Assembly: GCA_017421945.1 (NCBI GenBank)
Contig: JAFOHD010000088.1
Span: 31,526-95,525 of the forward strand
Direction of reading: 5' to 3'
DNA: 64,000 nucleotides
DNA from: Alistipes sp.
GTDB lineage: Bacteria > Bacteroidota > Bacteroidia > Bacteroidales > Rikenellaceae
Below, piece by piece: positions 48,076 to 56,335 of the stretch. The notes under the pieces are model-generated. The model saw nothing but the letters and a program-made list of their open reading frames with translations, did not search any database and was not told the DNA's origin. Position 1 is the first letter of the stretch. Each line of letters opens with the position of its first letter. The position numbers and the translations under genes were made by a program.

Positions 48076-49731
48076 CTACATAAATATCATCAAAATCACT
48101 TGCGCAAGCACCACTCTGGCGAACATCGAGAGTGGATATACCGTTGCGTATGCCACCGAGGCATACTCGCCCGGAATGGTGTCGTTGGCATAGTTCAGTG
48201 CCATGGGGTTGGCCATTGAGCCGCACAGCATGCCGCATGTTGTGCCGAAATCCTGCTTTGCCCAGCGCATGGATGCAAATCCCATAAAGAGTACGGGAAG
48301 CAGCGTAATGGCGCAACCTAATCCCACCCACATTAGTCCCGTTGTGCTGAATGCCGTAGAGAAAAAGTCGGCACCCGCATTCAGCCCCAGACAAGCCAGG
48401 TAGAGCGAAAGCCCGAAGGCTCGCAACATGAGGTTGGCACTTTGTGTAGTGTATGTAACAAGGTGAAAACGTGGGCCATAGATACCCATCAGTATGCCCA
48501 CCACGATAGGTCCTCCTGCCAGTCCGAGCTTTACGGGGAGTGATACACCGGGCACGGTGAGCGGAATAGCTCCCAGCACAAGTCCCAGCGCCAAACCTAT
48601 GTATATGGCTACAAGATTGGGCTCGTTGAGCTCGCCCTCGGCATTGCCCAGCACCTTCTCGACCTTCATCACAGCGCGCTCGCCGCCCACAACCACCACG
48701 CAGTCACCCACTTGAAGCATCAGGTCGGGTGTGGCCAGCAGGGCCATGCCACTGCGGTAGATGCGGCTGATGTTTATTCCGTAGCTGTTGCGCAGGTGCA
48801 GCGACCCGAGTTTCTTGCCGTTTATGTCGGAGCGTGTGATGATGATGCGGCGTGATACCAGGCGGCTGTCTACCTTGTTCCAGTCCACGTTGTCGTTGTT
48901 CCAGTCTATGCTCTCACGCATGCCGAGGATGGCCTCCATGGTGTCAATATCCTTGCGTGAGGTGACAATCATCACACGGTCACCCTCTTGCAATGTGGTG
49001 TCGTTTGAGGGCAGGATGACCTCGCCCCCACGCCACAGGCGTGAAATGACAAATGGCACATGGGCATACTCTGCCAGTTTGTGCAGGTCCTTGCCGAATA
49101 CTCCGGGGTTCTGCACGCACAGTGTAGCCACAAATGTATTGTTTTCGTGCTTGGCATGAGGCGCTGCAATGTCACTCTTTCTTACCCACAGGCGGCTCAT
49201 TATCAGAATTGCTATAATCACACCCACAACTCCTAACGGATAGGTCACAGCACAACTAAGGGCTGGGGCTGTCGTAGGCATATCCATCTGTGCAAGCGTT
49301 TGTTGCGATGCTCCAAGTGCGGGGGTGTTGGTTGTTGCGCCACACAGCACTCCCATCATCTCCTCGAGTGGTACATTGAGCGCAAAACTCAACCCCACAG
49401 CCATTGCCGAGCCTATCAATATGACCCCCATGCCCAATGCGTTAAGCTTAACACCTCCGGCACGGAAGGCGCTCAAGAAGCCGGGGCCTACCTGTAATCC
49501 AAGTGCATAGACAAAGAGTGCAAGTCCGAAGTTCTCGGCAAAGAGCAACACTTTCTGGTCGATGGTTATGCCGAAGTGTCCCGCCACGATGCCTGCGAAA
49601 AATACAAACGTCACGCCGAGCGACACTCCCCACAATCGCACCTTGCCAAAGATAAGGCCCACGGCTGATATGAGCGAGATGACAATCACTGCCTGCGAGG
49701 CAGAGTGGGTAAAGAATAGTGTTTCGAACAT
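48076..49731 (-). CDS. AspT/YidE/YbjL family transporter with TrkA-C domains
   Basis: Motifs LGVTFVFFAG, GLQVGPGF, GATTNTPALG, two RCK-C-like domains, KLGLAGGP and YATVYPL. Confidence 0.88.
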   Translation of the reverse strand: MFETLFFTHSASQAVIVISLISAVGLIFGKVRLWGVSLGVTFVFFAGIVAGHFGITIDQKVLLFAENFGLALFVYALGLQVGPGFLSAFRAGGVKLNALGMGVILIGSAMAVGLSFALNVPLEEMMGVLCGATTNTPALGASQQTLAQMDMPTTAPALSCAVTYPLGVVGVIIAILIMSRLWVRKSDIAAPHAKHENNTFVATLCVQNPGVFGKDLHKLAEYAHVPFVISRLWRGGEVILPSNDTTLQEGDRVMIVTSRKDIDTMEAILGMRESIDWNNDNVDWNKVDSRLVSRRIIITRSDINGKKLGSLHLRNSYGINISRIYRSGMALLATPDLMLQVGDCVVVVGGERAVMKVEKVLGNAEGELNEPNLVAIYIGLALGLVLGAIPLTVPGVSLPVKLGLAGGPIVVGILMGIYGPRFHLVTYTTQSANLMLRAFGLSLYLACLGLNAGADFFSTAFSTTGLMWVGLGCAITLLPVLFMGFASMRWAKQDFGTTCGMLCGSMANPMALNYANDTIPGEYASVAYATVYPLSMFARVVLAQVILMIFM

Positions 49732-49739
49732 ATACTATA

Positions 49740-51797
49740 TTATCTTAGGTCCATCTCATCAAGCAGATACGATGCTCCGCCGATGCGGTCCACTACAAAC
49801 AGTACGTAGCGTATGTCCACCGAAATATTGCGGCAGATTGAAGGGTCAAACTCCATGTCGCTCATCGTAGAACGCCATGTGCGGTCGAAGTTGATGCCAA
49901 TGAGTTCTCCCTTGCCGTTGATGACAGGTGAGCCCGAGTTTCCTCCCGAGGTGTGGTTTGTAGCCAGGAAGCAGACGGCAACACTCTCTTTGTCGCCTAT
50001 CTTCGATGCCCAGCGACCATAATCCTTGCGGGCGTAGATGTCGCGCAGCGACTGTGGAATGTTGTAGTCGTAGATGTTTGGGTCGTCCTTGGCGATGATG
50101 CCGTCAATCGATGTCACGGGGTTGTGATACTCTCCATCGGCATACTCATATCCCGCCACCTTGCCGTATGCCACACGCAACGTGAAGTTGGCGTCGGGGT
50201 AGAAGGCGCGCTTCTTGTCCCACTCGCGCAGGGCACGCATGTAGGGGCGATACCACTGCTCCACATCAGGGATGTTGCTCAGGTTGCGATATGCCACCTG
50301 TGCAATCTCGCGACGCATAGGCATCAAGATTGTTGCCAGCTGAACCATTGGGTCACTCTCCAGTGTTGCGGGGTCGAAGTCGGCAGATGTAATACGGGTG
50401 TTGTCGAAGAGGTAATCGACATAAGCCGTTGCGCCACCCTTTGCCTCGATGGCAGAGGTAAGTGCTGCGGGAATCTTCTCTGCTGGCATACGCTTGAGGA
50501 ACTCGCCGAGCATTGCGTGTGCAATCTTGCGGTCAATAGCGGCAGAATAGTTCTTCAAAAATGCCTCTTGATTCATCTTTATATTCATCTTCAAGTCATC
50601 TGCACTCTTGGCACGGTTCTTTATGGAAATCATAAGGTTTGCCAGCGAGAGTGCCTCAATACCGCCCAGCGACTCTGTGAAGAGCTCACGCACATAATAG
50701 GCCTCCTTTGCCTTGTCGTATGATGCGCCCATATCCTGAAGCAGGGTCTTGTACTCTGGCTTGTCGGCAGCCCATGCTGTAAACTCCTTTTCGTATGCCT
50801 GCTTCTTCTCCACGGTCTTCAAGCGGCGCAGGCCCATCACCTCACCCTGCCACTTCTTCCATGCGTTGGCTATTGAGGCGTGCTTCGAGGCGTACTGTAT
50901 GCGTACCTTAGCATCCTCGGCCTGTGCTGCCGAGATGATGTTGAGGCGTTGTGTGCGAAGCTCAATCTTCATAGGGTCGGAAACCTCGGCTACATACTCC
51001 ACAGCGTCTGATGTGACATACTCCTGTGTGTTGCCCGGGAAACCATATATCATAGTGAAGTCACCCTCCTTCACGCCCTTGGTCGATAAGGCAAAGTGAC
51101 GCTTGGGTTGGTAGGGCTTGTTATTTTTTGAATAGTCGGCAGGCTGGTTGTCAGCACCCGCATACACGCGGAAGATTGAGAAATCTCCCGTGTGGCGTGG
51201 CCATATCCAGTTGTCGGTGTCGCCGCCGAACTTGCCAATGGATGAGGGTGGCGCACCCACCAGACGCACGTCACGATAGGTTTGATAGACAAACAAAAAG
51301 TACTGATTGCCGTAATACATTGGCTGCACGCTGGCGCGGTAACCCTCACCCGTCTGTGCTGCCTTGGCAATGTCGGCAACTTTCTCGCCACCCATGATGC
51401 GCTCGGTCACATCCTCCATCCTTACCAGCAGGCTCACCGTCAGGCCCGGAACGGGAAGCTCCTGCTCGCGCGAGAGGGCCCAGAAACCATTTGTCAGGTA
51501 GTCATGCTCTACGGATGAGAGCTGCTGTATGGAACCATATCCGCAGTGGTGGTTTGTGAGCAGCAGGCCCTCGCCCGATACAAACTCACCCGTGCAACCT
51601 CCTCCAAACTGCACTACGGCATCTTTCATTGATGCCTTGTTGATGGAGTATATATCTTCGGCCGAGAGTTTGAAACCCTTGCGCTTCATGTCCTTAATGC
51701 GCTCGCCAATAAGGCTTGGTAACCACATGCCCTCGTCGGCATGGCTTGGCGTAAGGAAGCACACGCAGAGGAGCAATAGAGTAAAAAATTTCTTCAT
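49740..51797 (-). CDS. S46 family dipeptidyl peptidase (DPP11-like)
   Basis: Motifs DEGMWLP, TNHHC, GGDTDNW.WPRHTGDF, PDANFTLR, GGNSGSPV and NFDR. Confidence 0.9.
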   Translation of the reverse strand: MKKFFTLLLLCVCFLTPSHADEGMWLPSLIGERIKDMKRKGFKLSAEDIYSINKASMKDAVVQFGGGCTGEFVSGEGLLLTNHHCGYGSIQQLSSVEHDYLTNGFWALSREQELPVPGLTVSLLVRMEDVTERIMGGEKVADIAKAAQTGEGYRASVQPMYYGNQYFLFVYQTYRDVRLVGAPPSSIGKFGGDTDNWIWPRHTGDFSIFRVYAGADNQPADYSKNNKPYQPKRHFALSTKGVKEGDFTMIYGFPGNTQEYVTSDAVEYVAEVSDPMKIELRTQRLNIISAAQAEDAKVRIQYASKHASIANAWKKWQGEVMGLRRLKTVEKKQAYEKEFTAWAADKPEYKTLLQDMGASYDKAKEAYYVRELFTESLGGIEALSLANLMISIKNRAKSADDLKMNIKMNQEAFLKNYSAAIDRKIAHAMLGEFLKRMPAEKIPAALTSAIEAKGGATAYVDYLFDNTRITSADFDPATLESDPMVQLATILMPMRREIAQVAYRNLSNIPDVEQWYRPYMRALREWDKKRAFYPDANFTLRVAYGKVAGYEYADGEYHNPVTSIDGIIAKDDPNIYDYNIPQSLRDIYARKDYGRWASKIGDKESVAVCFLATNHTSGGNSGSPVINGKGELIGINFDRTWRSTMSDMEFDPSICRNISVDIRYVLFVVDRIGGASYLLDEMDLR

Positions 51798-51812
51798 AGT
51801 ATTCTGTGTTTT

Positions 51813-52379
51813 TTATTTGCGAATGATGTTCACCTCGCCCCTCTCGCCAAAGGCGATGATTGCGCTTGGCTGGCATGTGGGTTTGCCCTGAAAACGTGGA
51901 TTAACCACGAAATCCACTCCGTCAATAATCTCACGGGCAACATCCTTCAGCCCCTTGAGCGGTGTAGGCTCTCCCGAGATATTGGCCGATGTTGAAACTA
52001 TGGGCTTGCCGAAGCGGCGTAGCAACTGCTGGCAGAAGTCATGGTTGGGTACTCTTACGCCCAGCGTGCCCTCCTCGGGGATGAGGTTTGGAGCAACACC
52101 CACAGCACCCTCAAGGATGAGGGTGAGAGGTTTCTCGCTCATCTCCATCACCTCGAAGGCGATGCCCGGAGCTTTGTTTACATACCTGACAATCATGTCG
52201 GCATCGCGACACAACACAATCATCGATGTCTTGTTCTGACTCTGCTTCAAAGTGTAAATCTTCTCCACAGCCTCCTGGTTTGTAGCATCGCATCCGATGC
52301 CCCACACCGTGTCGGTGGGGTAGAGTATCAAACCGCCTGCACGCAGCACCTCTATGGCTGCAAGTATCTCTTTTTCCAT
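51813..52379 (-). CDS. tsaC: L-threonylcarbamoyladenylate synthase (Sua5/YrdC/TsaC)
   Basis: Motifs YPTDTVWGIGCD, GVRVP and STSANISG. Confidence 0.9.
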   Translation of the reverse strand: MEKEILAAIEVLRAGGLILYPTDTVWGIGCDATNQEAVEKIYTLKQSQNKTSMIVLCRDADMIVRYVNKAPGIAFEVMEMSEKPLTLILEGAVGVAPNLIPEEGTLGVRVPNHDFCQQLLRRFGKPIVSTSANISGEPTPLKGLKDVAREIIDGVDFVVNPRFQGKPTCQPSAIIAFGERGEVNIIRK

Positions 52380-52528
52380 GTAAATGACCTTTAATTTAGG
52401 CAAATGTAGTGAAAAAATGTTATACTGAAGATTGTTTCTTGACTTATTTCTCTCAATGGGGTTGTTGATTGGTAAATTTTTACTAATTTTGCCATCACGA
52501 AAAAAATAATAACAAAAAATAACTCACT

Positions 52529-53254
52529 ATGGGAAGAGCTTTTGAGTATCGTAAAGCAAGAAAGATGAAGCGCTGGGGTCACATGGCGCGAGTATTTACC
52601 AAGATTGGTAAGGAGATTGAGATGGCAGTTAAGGCGTCGGGTTCTGATCCTTCGTCAAACACACGTCTGCGTATTCTTATCCAGAATGCCAAGGCCGAGA
52701 ACATGCCAAAGGAGAATATCGAGCGTGCCATCAAGCGTGCGACAGATAAGGATGCAGCCGACTACAAGGAGATGATTTACGAGGGTTATGGCCCTCACGG
52801 TGTTGCGTTCCTGGTTGAGACCGCTACCGACAACACCAACCGTACCGTTGCCAGCGTGCGCATGTACTTCAACAAGTGTGGTGGTACACTCGGCAACTCT
52901 GGCTCTGTGGCATTTATGTTTGAGCATAAGTGTATCTTCAAGTTCAAGCCTGCGGAGGGTGCTGACCTTGAGGAGATGGAGCTTGAGATGATTGACCTGG
53001 GTGTGGATGAGTTCTACGCCGAGGAGGGTGAGGTGACAGTGAGCGCACCTTACGAGTCGTTTGGTGCCATCCAGAAGTGGATTGAGGATATGGGCTACGA
53101 GCTCGTATCGGGTGAGGGCGTACGCATCCCTACCGACACCAAGGAGCTTTCGGCCGAGGAGCGTGAGGCTGTTGAGAAGTTGCAGGAGAAGCTCGAGGAG
53201 GACGATGACGTGGTGAATGTATATACCACCATGGCAGAGGCTGACGAGGAGTAG
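52529..53254 (+). CDS. yebC: YebC/PmpR family protein
   Basis: Motifs MGRAFEYRK, NMPKENIERAI, YEGYGPHG, TDNTNRT and LEEDDDV.NVY. TAATTTTG box at 52484-52491. Confidence 0.93.
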   Translation: MGRAFEYRKARKMKRWGHMARVFTKIGKEIEMAVKASGSDPSSNTRLRILIQNAKAENMPKENIERAIKRATDKDAADYKEMIYEGYGPHGVAFLVETATDNTNRTVASVRMYFNKCGGTLGNSGSVAFMFEHKCIFKFKPAEGADLEEMELEMIDLGVDEFYAEEGEVTVSAPYESFGAIQKWIEDMGYELVSGEGVRIPTDTKELSAEEREAVEKLQEKLEEDDDVVNVYTTMAEADEE

Positions 53255-53370
53255 AATTGTCTGAAAAGGTAATTTGGGTGTCAGGCTTGCTTCCAAAGCA
53301 CTCATATACTTCTAGCAAACTGCGGTTTTTCAAGCATCGCCTTTCTAAAAATTACTTTTTTTATACAATT
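53255..53370 (+). repeat. Palindromic intergenic element, copy 3 (diverged)
   Basis: Outer arms aattgtctgaaaaggtaattt/aaattacttttt...acaatt, inner pair tgctt/aagca, and retained ctca...aaactgcggttt core. Confidence 0.6.
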
Positions 53371-53380
53371 TTCATCAATA

Positions 53381-53414
53381 GGCGTGATTCCCTTTGAGGG
53401 AGTCACGTTTTTTT
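53381..53414 (+). terminator. Intrinsic terminator after yebC and the repeat
   Basis: Stem gcgtgattccct/agggagtcacgt followed by a T-run. Confidence 0.8.
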
Positions 53415-53453
53415 GTTATTTTTGTTTGTTGCTTTTTTTTAATCTTAAATATT

Positions 53454-54233
53454 ATGAAAAAATATTATCTTTTGGTTGCCATGTTGGTAGTTATGATGGC
53501 GTGCCGTTCAAACAAGGATGAGTGGCAGCTGGTTTGGAGTGATGAGTTCGATGGCGAGCAGATTGATGAGACAGTGTGGACACGCGTACCTACCGGTAAA
53601 GACGATTGGGACGACATGATGTCGTTACGCGATGACCTTGTCTATGTCGAGAATGGCGAGTTGGTACTTATGGGAAAGGTCAATGATGGTACAGCCCCCG
53701 ACAATGGCCGACCATTTGTCACCGCAGGTGTCATAAGCAAGGGCAAGAAGGCTTTTAAGATGGCCCGCTTTGAGGTGAGGGCGAAGTTCTCGTCAGCCAA
53801 TGGTTTCTGGCCTGCCGTGTGGCTCTCAGGTCCTTGTCCCGACTATGGTACAGAGGAGTATGCCGAGATAGATATGATGGAACATCTTAACTTTGACGAT
53901 TATGTATTCCATACCGTTCACTCGAAGCATGCAGCCATCATTCATGACAAGCCGCTGCGTGGCACAACAGCACCCATCAATCGTGAGGATTGGAATGTAT
54001 ATGCTGCCGAGGTACATCAGGATAGTGTCTGCTTTTTTGTAAATGGCAATAAGACCTTGACATATCCTCGTGTTGATACTCTGGAGTATCAGTTCCCATA
54101 CTCCGACAAGGAGATGCACATACGCCTTTCAAATCAGCTGGGTGGCGGATGGGTAGGCCCTGTGAGCAATCCCGAGCAGTTGCCAACCGAGTTGCGCATT
54201 GACTATGTGAGAGTGTATCAGAAGGCTCAGTAG
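53454..54233 (+). CDS. Glycoside hydrolase family 16 lipoprotein
   Basis: Lipobox MMAC, motifs LVWSDEFDG and GFWPAVW, catalytic EIDMME, and IDYVRVYQ. Confidence 0.88.
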   Translation: MKKYYLLVAMLVVMMACRSNKDEWQLVWSDEFDGEQIDETVWTRVPTGKDDWDDMMSLRDDLVYVENGELVLMGKVNDGTAPDNGRPFVTAGVISKGKKAFKMARFEVRAKFSSANGFWPAVWLSGPCPDYGTEEYAEIDMMEHLNFDDYVFHTVHSKHAAIIHDKPLRGTTAPINREDWNVYAAEVHQDSVCFFVNGNKTLTYPRVDTLEYQFPYSDKEMHIRLSNQLGGGWVGPVSNPEQLPTELRIDYVRVYQKAQ

Positions 54234-54291
54234 TAATTGTTGAATTGAGCTACGATGGCTCGCTGTCGCACTTTCTGTATATATTTGCATT

Positions 54292-55263
54292 ATGAAAACA
54301 CTATCAAGAATAGTTGTTGCCGTCGTATTTGCTGCCGTTGTTTTACCCTCGTTTGCGCGCGGGCGCAAACATGAAGTGTCTGTTGTCAGCAACCGTGAGC
54401 AGGTGAGGATTTACTCCTCGGCTGTGGAGGACACGTTGCGTATATTTGTTATTGCCGACACCCATCTGTGGCTTTCGGACGAGCGTGAGGAGCCCTACCG
54501 CCAGTATAGCGAGCGTATGGCTGCGGCATATCACGTTACAAATCACTTCCGCACGGGGGCAAAGACCTCACCCGAAGAGGCCTTTCGGCATACTATATCC
54601 CTGGCAAAGCAGCGTGGAGCAGATGCAGTAGCGCTTGTAGGCGATATATTGAGCTACCCCTCGGAGCGGGGTGTGGAGTTTGTGCAGGAGATTATGCGTG
54701 AGTATGCCATGCCTTACTACTATACCTGCGGCAACCACGATTGGCATTACGAAGGTATGAGTGGCACGAGCCACGAGCTGCGCAAGAAGTGGCGTGAGGA
54801 GCGTCTGAAGCCTCTGTTTCAGGGTTACAATCCGGTAGCTTATGGTGTGACGCTGAAGGGTGTGCGGCTGCTTTTTATCGACAGCTCAAACTATGAGATT
54901 GAGCCCGAGCAACTGAAGTTTGTGCAGCGTGAGGTGCATGGCAGGCAACCTTTCATCCTGTTTCAGCATATACCCATGTATGCGCCATCACGCCCCGTGG
55001 GCTACGGCATAGCGCATCCCGATTGGGGTGCAAAGTCGGATGGAGGTCATGAGATTGAACGTCGTGAGCGTTGGGCCGAGAGCCACACCCAGGTTGATTA
55101 TGATTACTATGATACGGTGGTGGGTGCGCCAAATCTTTTGGCAACTTTCGCGGGGCATGTTCACAACTACGGCTGCGACATAATCAAAGGCCGCCCGCAC
55201 TTCACCGTGGGAGCCAACTTCTCGGCAGCATACTATGAGGTGGTGGTTATGCCAATGAAATAA
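54292..55263 (+). CDS. Calcineurin-like metallophosphoesterase (secreted)
   Basis: Motifs ADTH, GD, GNHD, HIP and GHVH. Confidence 0.85.
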   Translation: MKTLSRIVVAVVFAAVVLPSFARGRKHEVSVVSNREQVRIYSSAVEDTLRIFVIADTHLWLSDEREEPYRQYSERMAAAYHVTNHFRTGAKTSPEEAFRHTISLAKQRGADAVALVGDILSYPSERGVEFVQEIMREYAMPYYYTCGNHDWHYEGMSGTSHELRKKWREERLKPLFQGYNPVAYGVTLKGVRLLFIDSSNYEIEPEQLKFVQREVHGRQPFILFQHIPMYAPSRPVGYGIAHPDWGAKSDGGHEIERRERWAESHTQVDYDYYDTVVGAPNLLATFAGHVHNYGCDIIKGRPHFTVGANFSAAYYEVVVMPMK

Positions 55264-55297
55264 AAGAGAGGCAGTCAAACTCTGACTGCCTCTTCTT
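55263..55297. terminator. Bidirectional terminator
   Basis: Stem agaggcagtca/tgactgcctct between convergent genes. Confidence 0.75.
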
Positions 55298-55300
55298 ATG

Positions 55301-56308
55301 CTATCGCTTGTTCTTTATTATCCACTCGGCTATCTGCACCGCATTCAGGGCTGCACCCTTCTTAATCTGGTCGGCTACGCACCAGAACGTCAGTCCATTC
55401 TCGCGGCTTATATCCTTGCGGATGCGACCTACATATACGGGATCCTTGCCGGCAATAAACAGCGGCATAGGGTAGAGCTTTTCTGCGGGCTCATCCATTA
55501 GGATAACACCCTCGGCCTGGGCAAATGCCTTGCGAGCCTCCTCAGGGGTAATCTCTCGCTCGGTTTCCACCCAAATGCTCTCGGAGTGGGCACGCATGAC
55601 GGGTACACGCACACATGTTGCCGATACCCTAATGTCGGAGTGCATGATTTTCTGTGTTTCGTTGTACATCTTCATCTCCTCCTTGGTGTAGTCGTTCTCG
55701 GTGAAGACATCAATATGGGGAATGACATTGTATGCCAGCTGATATGCGAACTTGTTTACCGTAGTCTCCTCGCCTGCGACTATCTGCTCGTGCTGTTTTT
55801 TGAGCTCGGCCATAGCCTGTGCGCCGCCGCCACTTGCCGACTGATAGGTGGCTACGTGTACACGCTTGATGTGTGATACTTTCTCGATGGCATTCAGTGC
55901 CACAACCATCTGTATTGTGGTGCAGTTGGGGTTGGCGATGATGTTTCGTGGTGCATTGAGAGCATCCTCGGGGTTTACCTCGGGCACTACCAGAGGAACA
56001 TCCTTGTCCATGCGGAATGCCGATGAGTTGTCAATCATCAGTGTGCCGTGCTTGGTGATTGTCTCGGCAAACTCCACCGATGTAGAGCCTCCTGCCGAGG
56101 TGAGGGCGATGTCGATGCCCTTGAAATCGTCGTTGTGTTGCAGGAGCTTCACCTCAATCTCCTTGCCACGAAACATATATTTTGAACCAGCACTACGCTC
56201 CGAGCCGAACAACACCAGCTCATCAATAGGGAAATCCACTCTCTCATTAAGGATGGTCAGAAACTCCTGACCCACTGCGCCACTTGCGCCTATGATAGCA
56301 ATTTTCAT
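55301..56308 (-). CDS. asd: Aspartate-semialdehyde dehydrogenase
   Basis: Motifs [42 protein letters not shown] and [12 protein letters not shown]. Confidence 0.96.
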   Translation of the reverse strand: MKIAIIGASGAVGQEFLTILNERVDFPIDELVLFGSERSAGSKYMFRGKEIEVKLLQHNDDFKGIDIALTSAGGSTSVEFAETITKHGTLMIDNSSAFRMDKDVPLVVPEVNPEDALNAPRNIIANPNCTTIQMVVALNAIEKVSHIKRVHVATYQSASGGGAQAMAELKKQHEQIVAGEETTVNKFAYQLAYNVIPHIDVFTENDYTKEEMKMYNETQKIMHSDIRVSATCVRVPVMRAHSESIWVETEREITPEEARKAFAQAEGVILMDEPAEKLYPMPLFIAGKDPVYVGRIRKDISRENGLTFWCVADQIKKGAALNAVQIAEWIIKNKR

Positions 56309-56335
56309 CTTTCTGAAATATTATTAACCTAACAT

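Noticed and set aside
13772-53370. Palindromic repeats as a CRISPR array
   Set aside because: The copies are ~20 kb apart, ~110 bp long and divergent, with no spacers and no cas genes.
54231-54239. Stacked stop codons after GH16 as a sign of readthrough or recoding
   Set aside because: The protein is already complete at IDYVRVYQ, and other genes in the window end normally at TAG, TAA and TGA.
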